From the NCBI RefSeq assembly GCF_009914755.1, contig NC_060928.1: DNA of 64,000 nt. The stretch is one strand, 5' to 3'. This document shows, one piece after another, positions 32,410 through 47,152 of the stretch. Numbering within the stretch: the first letter of the stretch is position 1; each line of letters opens with the position of its first letter. Source of the stretch: the human T2T-CHM13v2.0 reference genome, Homo sapiens. The notes beneath the pieces were generated by a model. That model saw only the letters and a list, made by a program, of their open reading frames with translations, made no database searches and was not told the DNA's origin. A program made the translations under genes and the position numbers.

Positions 32410-33631
32410 CTTTATAGGTGTTCAGCAGGGATAGGCCTTCTCTAGTTAGTATAGCCTTGGATTTTGGAAGGGCTGCCTGATGATGACTCAGGGCAGGCAG
32501 AGCTTGTTGTGGATTTTTCTGGTTGCCTTTTTTCTAATGTTGGGTGGGTTTGCTCTCTGGGCCCCTTCCTGCTGAGGCCACTGGCTGGGCTCTGCCACCA
32601 GGCGGAGCTCCTGGCTGGGTACTGTGATGGTTTGTGGTCAGGTGGGTCAAAAGATGTGTTTTCTGGCTGAGCAGTTCTGCGATTTGAGATCTGCAGTTAG
32701 GTGGGCTGCAGGCGGGACCCCAAAGTTAGGCAGAGTCAGTGCTAAGGACGGAAGGGCCAGATGCTATGCTCTTTAGAAATGCACGATTGAGCATTGCCTC
32801 CCTGTAAGGGAGGAGTCGTGGGGTGGGCTTTTGACTGAGTTCATTGGCTGTTTAACCTCCCTGGTGAAGCAGGTCTAGCCTCAGCGTCTCTCTGAATGCC
32901 TTGGCAAGTGGACATTTTGGCTGAGTGGAGCTGCTGCTTGAATTCCCCAGTCAGTCAGGTCTAGCTCCTGTGCTTCACCAAAATGGGCAGAGGCGGACAT
33001 CACCCTCCCTAAGCGGGGTTTGTGGGGTGGACTCCGAGGCTGGGCGTGCAGACTAGTCATCTAGGGACTCAAGTGGGTTGAACTTCCCACCGTGCTTCTG
33101 AAGGCGACCGGTCCAACTTTGGGGATGGGCTGGGAAGTTGGCTGATATCTCCAGTCGGGTGGTACAGCTGGCAGGAGTATGGAGGTGCCACCAAGTTCCG
33201 CAGACTGGGGAATATGACTTCTGCCTCCCTTCTTCGTTTTTACCTGACCCTAGGCAATGGAGCAGTGCCCTTACCCGCAGTGTTTCTCTGATTTGAGACT
33301 GGAGGGGTCTTCCTGGGAAGCGTTTCAAAATGCTAGGGAAGCTGAGTGACTGCTTCCACTTCTCTCTTCCCCTGTGGAAACCGTAGGTCCAGGGAAATCC
33401 TCTCCTGGGGTGGTGCCAACTTGGGGAGCGGCAGGGGCAGCGTGGTCAGTGTGATACCGTTCTTACTCTTACTCTTCTAATTTGGTTTTCATTCATTTCT
33501 GCAGGCCATGCAGGTGTCTCAGGCTTGTTTCAAAGTATTTCAAATAGATATTCTGGTCTGTGGATAGTTGCTAGATGAACTTTCTGTGAGGAGGGAAGTG
33601 GAGCTTGAGACTTCCTGTTTCACTATCTTGC
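32410..33631 (-). mobile_element. GC-rich 5'UTR (promoter region) of an old L1M
   Basis: In element sense it begins caagatagtgaaacaggaagtctcaagctcc, like the L1 start caagatggcggaatagga. It is a GC-rich block in an AT-rich background. Confidence 0.7.
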
Positions 33632-33779
33632 TCAATGACATAAATTTTTTTGAAATTATGATTTCTATAATATTAATTTATTCAATCAAAAAGAGGAGCT
33701 CCATTACAGTTTTACTACTATTTAAAAAGTGACATAATTCTAAAAAGCAATCATAGATTTTAAAACATGTAAAAAGCCT

Positions 33780-34625
33780 TTGTATTTCACAGTGTGTATT
33801 AATGCAGCACATATACACAGACAGACCAATCCCAAATAGACCCAACTTTTTATGTGAATGTAGTATACGATAAAGATAACATGGCAATTGGCAGGGGAAA
33901 AAAATGGACTTTTAAGCAAATGTAACTAGGAGCATTGGACAATGTATTAATTAGCATTTTCTGTTAACAAACCAGCTCCAAACTTATTTTAAAATGTGGT
34001 GGTTTAATTGAAAAATTTATTATTACTCCAAAGCCCAAGTTTCAAGTGGAAAGCTTTATTGATCAATTAAAGTCAGATAAGAAAGATCATGGGTCTGAAG
34101 TCATTAGTGGGTCATTAGAAAATCATGGGAGGAAATGGCCCCAGTTTCATATCTGACAGAGTGTGGAAAACTCGTAACTATGACTCAAAATCCATAAACA
34201 ATAAAAAAGAGTGACAAACTTGACTGTATGGTTGAAACACAGAAATAAATAAAATGTTTGAAAATCCAACTTTTCACAAGCAACATCAAAAGGTAAATTG
34301 AAAACTGGGGAAATATTTATACATATTGTATAGATAAAGTGCTATCACTTAATATATCTATAAGGTTTTATTAAAAAACAGGAAGATAAAACCAACAGTG
34401 GAATAGAAAAATGAACAAAAGCTCTGACTAAACTGCTCACAGAAAAGAAAATACAAACAACATTTGCACTTATAAATTCTGCTTCACTTTACTCCTAAAG
34501 AAAATGCAAGTTAAAACTATACTCTGCTGCTATAACTCATATCTCGGATGCTTGGAAAAAATCCAAAACTTTGGAAACATACTCCATTCACAAAGCTGTA
34601 GGGAAAAGGAACTCTTACATATTGT
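33780..34625 (+). mobile_element. Decayed L1M(E) ORF2 3' fragments, with a probable small MLT1 piece near 33945-34110
   Basis: A-rich sense L1-like text (aaaactgggggaaatattt..aatagaaaaatgaacaaaag..aaaatgcaagttaaaactata..ggaactcttacatattgttg). Confidence 0.6.
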
Positions 34626-35091
34626 TGTACTTTACTTTAGTTAACTTTCTATTTATTTTAATCTGATGTCTTCAATTCTTTTTCTTTTATAAAGAATTTT
34701 ATAATAAATAAGTTTATGGACAAATTATTAGTTATTTTTGCAGAGTTTCTTTGGGATAGATTCTTCCACGTGAGAATGCTGAGGCAAAGGTAAATATACA
34801 CATAAATTGCTAAATACCACTAATTCAACTTTGTAGGGTTTATATCATTTTATATTGCTACCAGCAATGTATTTAAATTGTACACTTTATATTTTTATTC
34901 AAAAATTTAAAGGGGAGGAGCGCACTGCAACATTAACAAGAAATAGAAACAAAAATGAACTACATACTAAACTGTACCACATCACACAGAAAAATAAAAT
35001 TGTGCCTAGTGATTTTGAACACAGAACTTCTAAATAAATACCTTACAAGGAGAAAAGAATTGTAAAAACTTAATCTTTACTCAATTTTTAA

Positions 35092-35675
<584 letters not shown>

Positions 35676-36039
35676 GTAATATTTGTATTATGATTTTGAT
35701 GTTACGCTTTTTATGTGACTTGATACAGCTGGAAAAAAAGCAAATAAGTGAATCTGTTTATATTGATAAGAATCAAGATTTTCAACACAGGGGAGATGAG
35801 ATATAAATATGCGACATTAATTTGAAAAAACTCAAAGTCTTCATTTGGATTGGAATTGTTGCTAAATCTCAAGGATGATAAAATTATTAATTTCTTAGTT
35901 TAAAGCAAGCTAAACGTCCAACTTATATTTCATAGTTAAGTCTCTTCTAAAAACTCCTCAGAAATTGATTTCTTGCCTCTTTTTGAATTACATCAGTGCC
36001 AAGGAAATCATTGTATCATAGATTTGGTATTAGTTCTGT

Positions 36040-36175
36040 GACTAAGTCCTTACTCCATCTTTCCTAGATATGACTTAGAGAATTAACTTAATCTCTCTAA
36101 TTCCCTGTTGTATAAAATGGAGATAATGAAAAAAAAAAATCTGCCTGACAGGACTGATTCCTGAAGGGATTGACC
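36040..36175 (+). mobile_element. MIR fragment
   Basis: MIR core-like tgactt..ttaacttaatctctct..tgtataaaatggagataatg. Confidence 0.7.
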
Positions 36176-37531
36176 AGGCTGTGGAAACAATGATTTCTTA
36201 CCAGCAAGCTCTTCATGACGTTGTCCAGCCAAAAATCCTCCCATAAGAATCAAATTTATAAGTAGTATTGTGATTTGAGGGTATTCTGGCACATCATCCA
36301 TTTAGAAAACATCGACACCCTCAGGAGTAAGAGACTATGTTTCATTAACATTTGCACAGCGTGCATAGTGCCTGCCACCAAGCTGTTTCTAGATACAAAA
36401 AAGGACATATGAACATGGTTTGTAAACTGCAAAGCACCATGTAAAGTTGGTTGTTAGTAATATTAATGTGAGCCATTTCGATTTTGTATAGTTGTAATTG
36501 CTGTAACTCTTCCTTGGTTTGACCTGAAATCTACCTCCCTGTCATTTCTACTTGTTATTCTTTGTTCTCCCTTCTGGGGTCTACTGAAAGATTAATCCCT
36601 CTCATTAAAAGGAAGAAAAATTAGGTTTTCTCAGTTAGAATAATAGAAACAGCGAGCATTTAGTCCTGGCTTTGATATGAATTATTTTATTAAATAAATC
36701 AACTTGTACCCCTTACCCACATGCATACAAGAGCAGCCTTACTTACTCTTCTTTTCTTTTACTTGTCCTATGTTTTATCATGAACTGAACTGTCTACTGA
36801 AGAGTGACTATGATTCTAGTTGCTCAGTTACCCCAAGACTTTTCATTCCTGTAACTCTGTTACGTGGTTTATTTTGCTGGAACTATTTTCCTACACCTAC
36901 CTGTACTTTCTCTTACCTTAGCCTGATCTGATTGAATTGGCTAATATTTACCTAATGAGTTGGAAAATTGATGTTCTAACTAAAAAAATTAATCAAATGT
37001 AACAAAGCAATCAATTATATGTACATATATGTACATATATATTTTTGGCTACATTATTATAAAGATATGCATGTGTGTTTGTGTATGCATTTATGTGTGT
37101 ATAACAGTACATATATTAGGTCAGGGGAACACATACAGCTTATATTAAAGTCATTTGAATCAAGAGCATATTATAATTATACTAAATAAACATATTCATA
37201 TCATCCTAAAGAGAGTTTAATGTTAAGTATATGTATATTTGTGACAGAAAATAAAAAAATTAAGTTACTCTTTGATTTAAGTAGAAAAAAGAGGCTTCTT
37301 TATTTGTTTTCAGTATTTCAAAGATAACTTTATGGAAAAGATTAACAGAGTACCTAATGTAGAAAAATAATTAGCCACAAATCCAAATTAACTCATCCAA
37401 TGTGAATTGTAATATGAAATAATTATTTTCTTGGGTAAATAATTATTTTATATCTTTTCAGTTTCAAGCCCTTGTGAGGAGTACATATGCAGAAGGAAAA
37501 AAAGTAATAAAATATAATTCTGACTCTCTAG

Positions 37532-37841
<310 letters not shown>

Positions 37842-38999
37842 CATGTTTTCAAATTACTCCAACAGTGTGTCATGAATAAGGTACTGTGGGGTCCAGAGTG
37901 AGAATGTCCAACTCTGGCTGGGGAAGTTAAGGATGTCTTTACAGAAAATAGGTCACGAGAACTCATCATAAAAGAATGAATAGTGGTTTGTAAGATAGAG
38001 AAAAAGAGGTAGGTTGACCTCATCCAAAAAAACAAATCATATGATCAAAGGCAGAGACATCATGGGTGACACAAATGTCTTTGGAGACACTACAAAAAGT
38101 TGGAGTCACTGGAGCCAGATAGTGTGTGAAGAAGAAAGGATCCAGATACAACTAAAAATCACAGAAAAATGGATACCATAAAAGCAAAACAAAACAAAAC
38201 AAACCAGGAATTCATTTTCACCTGGGATAAAAAATGATTGCAACTTAATGTTGAGTTGCATATTCATGATATGCTAAAATAAGACAATGCTGTTATATAA
38301 TATGAAGTTCTAGGAGAGCGCCGGAACAAATTTGAGAACACATCATTTTTTAAATAAAATGTTTAAAAATTGCATTATATTTGAATGAATGTATTATATA
38401 TTACCTCTAATATCTACTTATCTGATTAACTGAGTATCTTCAATGTATTTACATTTTTACATTGATCACTAATTCCCAGGAGCTGTGGTCAGATGTGTAA
38501 CCAGCTACTTCTTGAGCAATAGAATAGCAAAGTGATTAAATAGCTTTCTTAGATGTACATTTCTATTGTCCTCTGATACATAGCTTTTTTAATTTTAAAA
38601 TGTTAGACAGAAGGCTGCAAGTAGGAAATACTTTGCTTGGAGAATGACATTCACAAGTAAGATGCTGCAGTCTTTTGTGTAAACTTCAGTGGGATTCAGT
38701 AGGTACTTGGTCTGAAGTGGCCAGGAATAAGATATAAATATCCTTGTTTTTGTTTCTCAAACAACAAACCACACTGGCAGAGACACTTCTCATGAGTCCA
38801 GAGATCAATGAGTATTAGGGGATACTGCTGGAAAATGAACAGGTTACCAGTTCTTTGGGACATGACTTCAAATCCTTACCCAGTCTCAAACTTTATAATT
38901 CATAAAAAATGCCTTTCCCTAAGAACAGGCTTGTCTCGTGCTTCCTTTTCTAAGACTTCATGGTAATTTTGTTTTGCTTTTTGAAAGAGAGTTTCTGTT

Positions 39000-39051
39000 T
39001 GTAGTAGATGGATGGGAACTAGAGTAGGGTACTAAAAAGAATATATATATA

Positions 39052-39087
<36 letters not shown>

Positions 39088-39570
39088 CTTATTAGGAGTA
39101 TTGACTCACACTATCACAAGGTGAAGTCCCACACTAGACCATCTGCAAACTGAGGAGCCAGGAAGCCAGTCCAAGTCCCAAAACCTCAAAAGTAGAGAAG
39201 GCAACAGTGCAGCCTTCCATCTGTGGCCAAAAGCCCAAGAGTCCCTGGCAAATCACTGGTTTAAGTCCAAAAGTCCAAAAGCTGAAGAACGTAGAATCTG
39301 ATGGTTGAGGGCAGGAAGCATCCAGCACGTGGGAAAGATGAAGGCTGGAAGACTCAGGGTCTGTTTATCCCACTTTCTTCTACCTGCTTTATTCTAGCCA
39401 TGCTGGCAGCTGATTAGATGGTATTCACCCAGATTGAGGATGGGTCTGCCTCTCCCAGTCCACTAACTGAAATGTTAATTTCCTTTGGCAACACCTCACA
39501 GACACACTCGGGAACAATACTGTTCACCCTTCAATCCAATCAAGTTGACACTCAATATTAACCATCAAAA
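39000..39570 (-). mobile_element. MLT2A (HERV-L) solo LTR with an internal (TA)n(GA)n tract
   Basis: tgaggagccaggaagccagtccaagtcccaaaacctcaaaagtag..ttcaatccaatcaagttgacactcaatattaaccatca matches MLT2A1/A2 in reverse. Confidence 0.88.
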
Positions 39571-40419
39571 CAACTTTAGCAGCAATTATTATTGCATACC
39601 AAATATCCATGTTCTTCTATTTGTTTTTCAGTCCTTTTGCCTCTAGATTATGTCACAAAATTAGTTATCTCAATCAAATATGAGAAGTGATGTGTCATTT
39701 CCTGTCTGAGGACATTAAGAATGTATTTAATATTGGCTCATCCTCATTCTTTTTTTCGTGTGTGTGTGGAAACAAGTACTGCATGAGGGTGAAGCTTTAA
39801 GATGTGAGTTAGCATGCATTCTTGCATCTACTTTCAGCAGCTTGTATAAGAAAACCCCAACCTGCATCTTAGTGTGATGCGAGTGAGACATAAAACTTTG
39901 TTTTGTTTAATCCCTGAGATTGTTGCTGCAGTATAGTTTATACTTACTAATATACCCAAAAGAAAATAATTCCAAAATGTCGAAAAAAATGCATTCTTGT
40001 ATGTAACCTCTTGATTCTTCCATTATGAATTCCACCCACAAGAATTCATTCATTTGCTCATTTTGCAGGGCATGAACTGAGCTGAGGCTTATCAAGCTCC
40101 TTCTATGAGTCAGTACGCACAATTAATGGTGTGATCAAGGAGCCTTATTTATTTAGAACTCTAGAAATAATTTTGAGAAATAAAATATCTGTTTAAGAAA
40201 TCATTTGTGAATATTACCATAAGGAAATGCACATGTCTTATTACCATACTAAAACTCTATTAAATCAATGTATGTATAGGATAAAGATTTGAGATAAATA
40301 AGAGTTAAAAAGCCTTCAAGCCGTTAGGAACCAAGTGAAAATTTTTAAAAAGTGTCACATACTCAATAGATGTCCACAAATCTCTCTCTATCTGTATGCC
40401 ACTGGCAGTATAATTAGGT

Positions 40420-40660
40420 CATTATAGATACCAATTTTAAAGTCAAACGAAACTAATTTTGAATTTTGACCCTATTACTTATTGCTGGAAGACCCTGAGT
40501 AAAGTTCTTAATTTACCTAGCTAACCCTGCTTACTTTAATTTAATGGGTTCACAATAGCTTAATTTAATTTCTAGGGTTGGTGTGAGGATTCATGAGGTG
40601 ATGTCTGGAAAGTGATTAGGACAGTGCCTGCATATTTAAAATGCAGAATAAATGATATTA
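40420..40660 (+). mobile_element. MIR
   Basis: gaccctgagtaaagttcttaattt..agggttggtgtgaggattcatgaggtgatgtc..aagtgattaggacagtgcctg. Confidence 0.7.
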
Positions 40661-40805
40661 GTAATGTTGTCATATTATTATTATGTCTTTTTGAAATAGC
40701 CTTATATATCTCTTTTTATGTGAATCATGAAGGTTGGAAGACAAAACAATTTACTTTTAATGTTGAATTTCTACATAGTATGTTTTTAGTATAGAAAAGT
40801 ATTTA

Positions 40806-41200
40806 TGATGTAGGATTTTTCTTCTTGGTCACTTTGCAATCCAGGGATCCCCAGCCAGCAATACCCTGCCCAGCCCATTCTCAGCCATGCTGGTGTGCCC
40901 CAGCTGGCCTGTGTTGTAGTGAGTACCTGCATTCATCAGTTGCCAGGCTCTTGTATTGCTCCCAAGAACAATGAGTACACACTGGACATTGAATGAGGAG
41001 GAGGGCAGAGAAGAAATTTGAGTGACAGAACAGCTCTCAGTGCAGGGGGGATTTTGGGGTGGGTCCCCACCCCCACAGTTGGGTAGTTCTCTTCTCTTAT
41101 TGACTAAGTCTGGGGTCTTTATAGGCACAGGATGGGGGGAGTGCATGCTGATTGGTTTGTGAGTATGCAAAAAAGGTTAAAGAGAAGACACCACTCAAAG
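40806..41200 (-). mobile_element. 3' LTR, U3-truncated
   Basis: It aligns by eye with 46163-46551 and stops at caccactcaaag. The ~240 bp equivalent to 46552-46788 and the PPT are absent. Confidence 0.85.
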
Positions 41201-42706
41201 TGAAGACACCACCCCATTAGAATAGGGATAAAGACTGATCTTAACTGCTTCCTGCTGACAGGGGGTACTGTTTTGGGAAAACCACAGTCAGATTTCCCTC
41301 AGAGACCTATCTAGGGGTCCCAGTAAAAGGCAGCCATTGTTTGAGGCTCCGGTTGCCTGACTGTTTGGAGTTTGATGGCTTGAAGGTGAGAAGAGACAAA
41401 CCAGGTTATTAGAAGACATGTGTCCAAATGAAACAAAGGGGGTAAGGACAGCTTAAAACTCCCGAGGCTGCCAACACACCCAGATAACTGGTGGCTATAG
41501 TTATGCCTGCTAGGATTTGGGTGCATGGGGCTTGGTTTGGTTAGCTCCCTTGGACTTATTTTCCGAAAAAAACCTCTGGGTTATGGGCACCCTCTTTATT
41601 CCAGTCACCTGGTAGGTTTTGCAGGATAATTGCCCAGAACTAGAATATTGATCCAGATTTTTACATTACCTATCCCTTTTGTTTCTCTTGAACTGAAGGT
41701 GGAGATCACTGGTTAGTTCACAGGAATAAGCAGGGTTAGTCTAAAATGCAGGCAAAAACTTTGAAAGAACTAATGAGTGTAGAATTCAATGACAAGGGTA
41801 TGATAAGTTTTGAAACATAATTTTTCTCTCTCCCGTCCTCATTTTGGTAAAAACAAATCATGATAGGACTGTGTTGTTTGCAAAGTAGACTTTAGCCTTA
41901 TACATGGCCTGATAATTTGCATAAAGTGCAGCAAGAATAATCATCTTTCACATAGGCTTTTTAAATTGGCTTTAGTGGGACTCCGTTCAACAAGGAACCT
42001 CATAAAACTTTTTAAAGCTGAGCCCAGCTATGGGTTTGTACCCTCAAATACCTGTGAGTTAGGTACATTCCTCTCTTCTTTGAGGTCCCAATAACAAGGG
42101 TGTCCTGGGTCTGTTAGAAAGTGACATTTTTTACTCACCACAGGTTAGGAAACCTGTACAGGGACTGTGCAGACAAGGTATGTGGACAGTTTTCCCAAGG
42201 GGGTTTTATTGGCTCTGCAAGTCAAGCTTGATTCCCTAAAGGAAAAGCAAACCATTCTAGTAAAAGCATTGGTAAAACAACCAGCATCTCCAATTGTTTC
42301 CTGTTGCAAAAGAAAACGGATTCTTATTGCACTGATGCAAATAACTATATGCTTAATTTAAAAATACTCACAAATAGTTTCCAGATTCTATAGAAACCAG
42401 GCAGACACAAACAAATATGCTCCACATTTTGTTACCTTACTCAATTGTAAAAAGCTGTAGATAGCTCAAAAGAAAAGTTTCATTGGCTCTGAAAAACAAA
42501 ACAAGGATCAGCAACATTTTAAGCAAAAACTTAAAAAGATTATTTCAGTTTTCTATTAGTTCAGTCCACTCTGTTAACTCCTGATCTTCTTGATATGCAC
42601 GAACATTTCAGCCCTTCACGAGTCCTGTGTTTTCCTCTATACCAATGTCACACTCTCCAAAGTTATCACAAACCTGCATTTGAGAGCACCTGTCAAAGTC
42701 CCATAG

Positions 42707-43052
<346 letters not shown>

Positions 43053-45552
43053 TAAATCTATTTTCAGTAATCTCAGTAACATGTTATAATGGCAACATTT
43101 CACAGTTTTAAATTTTAATGTAATACCTGGTAAGTTATTTTAGTTATGTACTAGGTGCAGCTAACGTCTGACTCTTTCCAACGCAGTTATGGGCATGGTG
43201 AGTTCCATGTGACTTCAGGCCTTACCAAATTGTAAAGCAGGCAAGTTACACAGTTCTCAAAAGCCAAAGAAATAGTTTATAACATTTACCAGACCTGGTA
43301 TTTGACCTGCATAATCTAGACCACATATTTACATTTTGAAGACATTTGCATTTTACCAGTAATCTTTCAAAATGCTTTTATTTTTCAGAGATTAAAGTCA
43401 CATGCATTAAAAGGTATTCAAGCTTTTATTTTTCCTTCAAAAAATATTTGATCCAAGTGCTTATTTTTGGTTAGGCCAATTAGATAGAGCTCTTTTTAAT
43501 AAACATCACATACATAACTCATATATGATTACACAGCCAGACAGAAGAAGATCCAGTAGTTGTAAGATTTTTCATTTGCCAATCTCCTAATTGGATTACT
43601 GGCCTCAGGGTGGAGCCCTTCAAGAAGCAAGTCTAGGAAAGCATGCAATTTCCAGGGCCTAACAAGCAGGCATAGATGGAAGACAAAAATGTATTTTGAG
43701 AGGGATCTATTCACTTTTAACTGCTGTTGTTCCATGAGGAAAACAGGTGTTGTCTTTTTTTTCCCTAAAATGGGGTCCATGGTGCCCTCTCTGTTTTTCC
43801 CAGAGTCCCATGCTTTCAGAAGCTATCTTAGGGCCTCTCATGTGTGCACTAAGAGTGGCAAGACAAAATGGAGAAAAGTAATTCAGTCTATGGAGAAAAA
43901 AATCTTTTCCAGAGAAACAAGATCCAAGAAGAGAAAAATCCATGAACTCTTTTAATTATTCCTATAGCTTGGATATCCACTTTTAATTATGCTGACTTTT
44001 AGCCATGGTGCTCTTTAAGAAAATCCTTTTAAATTCTGTGTTACCTTACTTTAGTCATACTAAGCTGCCAATATTTCTGACTTTTGAACTTCACCAAAAG
44101 TAATCTCACAGGTGAAACCAACAAGCCTCAACTAAGGTTATGACTTAACTGCAAGTGTACAAGGTATTTTCAAAGAGGTGGTAAGCAGTTTTTACAAAGT
44201 CTACACTCTTTAAAGGTAGCTCAGAAAAAGGAAGATTTAAGAAAGGAAGCTAGAATTTGTTCATGGAGGGGAAGAGACTCAGCAAATGAAAAAAGTAACA
44301 CAGATATTAACCAGAAAGTACTAATTTTCTAAGCTAGGAATGAATCTGAACTGCCATTGTAAAATGGCAGAGACCAAAGAAAATATTGCCCTGTTGTTAC
44401 AGGGTCAAGCTTCAAGCATGTAATACAAGATGGAGTCCTGCGGCAAAGTTTGTTACTAACCAGTTTGCTGGTCTGGCTTGAACAGTGGGATTATGGGGTC
44501 CTTGACCCATGTGCTATCCTAAGATATTTTTCCTTATGACAGAACCATGCAGAAAGACACACAAAGCACAAAGTACAACAGATTCAACACAGCTTAAGAC
44601 TAGCCTAACAAATCTTTTTTTTTCCATTAATTAAAACTTTACAGAGGATATAAACAGTGATCTTTATCATTCCCTTTGCCAGTTCGCACAGGGAGAGAGA
44701 GACCACCAGTCTGACTAGTTAAAAACTTTTACCCTTTTGCTGACATGTCAGGCTTCTGGGTTCCCTTCCCATGAACTCAATTTAAAGCCAAGCCATTTAA
44801 TGTTTGGGGAAATAAACTTTTCCCAGCTTGGGGATGCATCTGAGGGGAGTGTCAGGTGGTACAGCAATGCAATTACCCATGCACAAAGGGGACAGAGGAG
44901 CAAAAAGAGAAAAGAAGGGCTTTTTGTTGTGGTTGTTGTTTCTTCAATGGAGTCCCAGTGATTCACAAGGCATTCAAGAGAAGTAAAGATTGAAGATGAT
45001 AGGTTACCCATCTGGAAAGATGTCAAAAAAGATGTCTTTTAGTTCTTTTCTCTTCCCAGTGAATACCCGAGGTACATGAAGAAGAGAAAGAAATGATGTC
45101 CCCCTTCCTTATTCTGTCCTTGTATCTCCAAGTCCTGGCAACCTTGGCAGAGTGCCGCCTATGGGTGCCAATGTGGCTTTCATCCATGTTTACAGGGGGC
45201 CTAGAGGGTGGGAATTATCCACACTCACCCATATACTGCCTTTCCCCCATGCTGTCGGCAACCTTTGAGTTTCCCATCCCTCGTTTATGCCATGGATAGC
45301 AGCATGACCTCTATTCATGAAAAGGAGGGCTATTTGGCAGGAATTAGTCATGCTCACCTGCACTGTGCCCTTGACTTCCATTGTTGCCTGTGTTTGTATC
45401 CATCAGATCTAGTTTTCTCTTTTAGGGCTTCAACCCGAAGCTTGGAATTGAGTTTGGGACAAAAAGGTGTCTCCAGAGGGTGTGTGGACTCATTAAGTTA
45501 GGGAGTTTCATGAATTGAAGTCCTGGCCTAGAGAGATGCCTTTCAAAAGGAG

Positions 45553-45586
45553 CAAACAAACAAACAAACAAACAAACAAACAAAAA
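45553..45586. repeat. (AAAC)n microsatellite
   Basis: caaacaaacaaacaaacaaacaaacaaacaaaaa. Confidence 0.95.
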
Positions 45587-46141
45587 ACTCTTGCATAGAA
45601 AAGCATTCTGTATTTGCAGGCCTATGTGAACTCCTGACATGGTGGAGAAAAGAAGAAAAAGTGTAAGTGCAGGGCAGAAAAGATGCCTGGGAAGAAAATG
45701 CTGAGGCTTTATGCAAATGTGTTCTCTGCTTCCTCTTTGCCTCTAAGAATAGATGGAAACCACATTGTCCTGAGTTGCATATCTGATGGCTGAGCCAAAT
45801 GCTTATTTCACCCACTAATATCTCTGTAGCTTGTGCCAATGCTTTTAACATTGTAAAAGAAGACATAGGTGCCATGACAACCCCAAAATAAAATAAGGAA
45901 AATGCCACAGAAAGACTGGATTGGAACAAAGCTGACATTCTCAACCACCGAGAGCAATGGTGGTGGGGAGAAGGGAAGTGTTAGGGTCCTCTCCAGGATC
46001 CTGTCCTCTGTAGCTGGGCCACTCATTCTTAATTGGCTCACCAGAGGTTCGGCTCTTCATGTGCATTCAGAAATGTCTGAGGACAATAAGCCTTGAAAAA
46101 AAAGTGAAGAGTCTAGGTCTGCATTTGTTCCCCCTTCAGGT

Positions 46142-46159
46142 ATCCTGGGTGAGCCCCCA
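46142..46159 (-). other. Primer-binding site, tRNA-Pro type
   Basis: The minus strand reads tgggggctcacccaggat versus the tRNA-Pro PBS TGGGGGCTCGTCCGGGAT (15/18), three nt downstream of the 5' LTR. Confidence 0.85.
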
Positions 46160-46162
46160 AAA

Positions 46163-46788
46163 TGATGTAGGATTTTTCTTTTCAGTCACTTTGTAAGCCA
46201 GAGACCCCTGGTGGTGATGCCCAACTCGAGCCATGCTCAGCCATGCTGGCATGCCCCAGCTCATCTGTGGTATTGCTTGTGCCCACATTCAGCGATTCCT
46301 GAGCTCTTATACCATGACCAAGAAGAATGAGAATATACTGGACATTGAAGCATGAGGAGAATAATTTTATTGAGTGATGGAACAGCTCTCAGTGCAGAGG
46401 GGATTTGGGGGGTGGTCTACCACCCCCACAGTTGGGTGGTTCTCTCCTCTTATCAACTGAGTCTGGGGTCTTTATAGGAACAGGGTGGGGAGTGTGTGCT
46501 GATTGATTTGTGAGTATGCAAAAAAGGTTAAAGTGAAGGCACCACTCAAAGGTGGGCATGACAGTGTAGATAACCAATTACGAAAGGGTAGGCATATATG
46601 AAATAGGTGAATGGTGGGGATAAATCAGGGGACAGCACACTAACCGGGAAGACAAGTTCTCAATTTAGTCCAAGGATTAACATGCAGCTTGGGTTTCAGG
46701 CTTTGAACTCTTTTCAGCTTGGAGGTGGGGATTCACTGGGTACTCACCCTTATCTACCTAGGCATTTGGCTGCCTCCTGTTACCATTA
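46163..46788 (-). mobile_element. 5' LTR, full length (~626 bp)
   Basis: In element sense it starts taatggtaacaggaggcagccaaatgcctagg and ends aaaatcctacatca. Confidence 0.88.
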
Positions 46789-46861
46789 TTTATGATTGCT
46801 TTACTAGAAAAAGAAATGAAATACCTTAGAAGATTTTGGTAACTATTAAATTATGTAATTC

Positions 46862-47152
46862 AGCCAGGCGTGGTGGCTGACGCCTGTAATCCAAGAACTT
46901 TGGGAGGCCGAGGCAGGTGGATCACGAGGTCAGGAGTTCAAGACCAGCCTAGCCAAGATGCTGAAACCCTGTTTATACTTAGTATACAAAAATTAGCTGG
47001 GCATGGTGGTGGATGCCTGTAATCCCAGCTACTTTGGAGGCTGAGGCCGAGAATTGCTTGAACCTGGGAGGCAGAGGTGGCAGTGAGCCGATATTGCACC
47101 ACTGCACTCCAGCCTGGATGACAGAGTGAGTCTCTGTCTCAAAAAAAAAAAA
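46862..47152 (+). mobile_element. AluSg-like
   Basis: Contains gatcacgaggtcaggagttcaag..gccaagatg. The decayed TSD is ttaaattatgtaattc (46846-46861) / ttaaatcatataattc (47154-47169). Confidence 0.93.
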
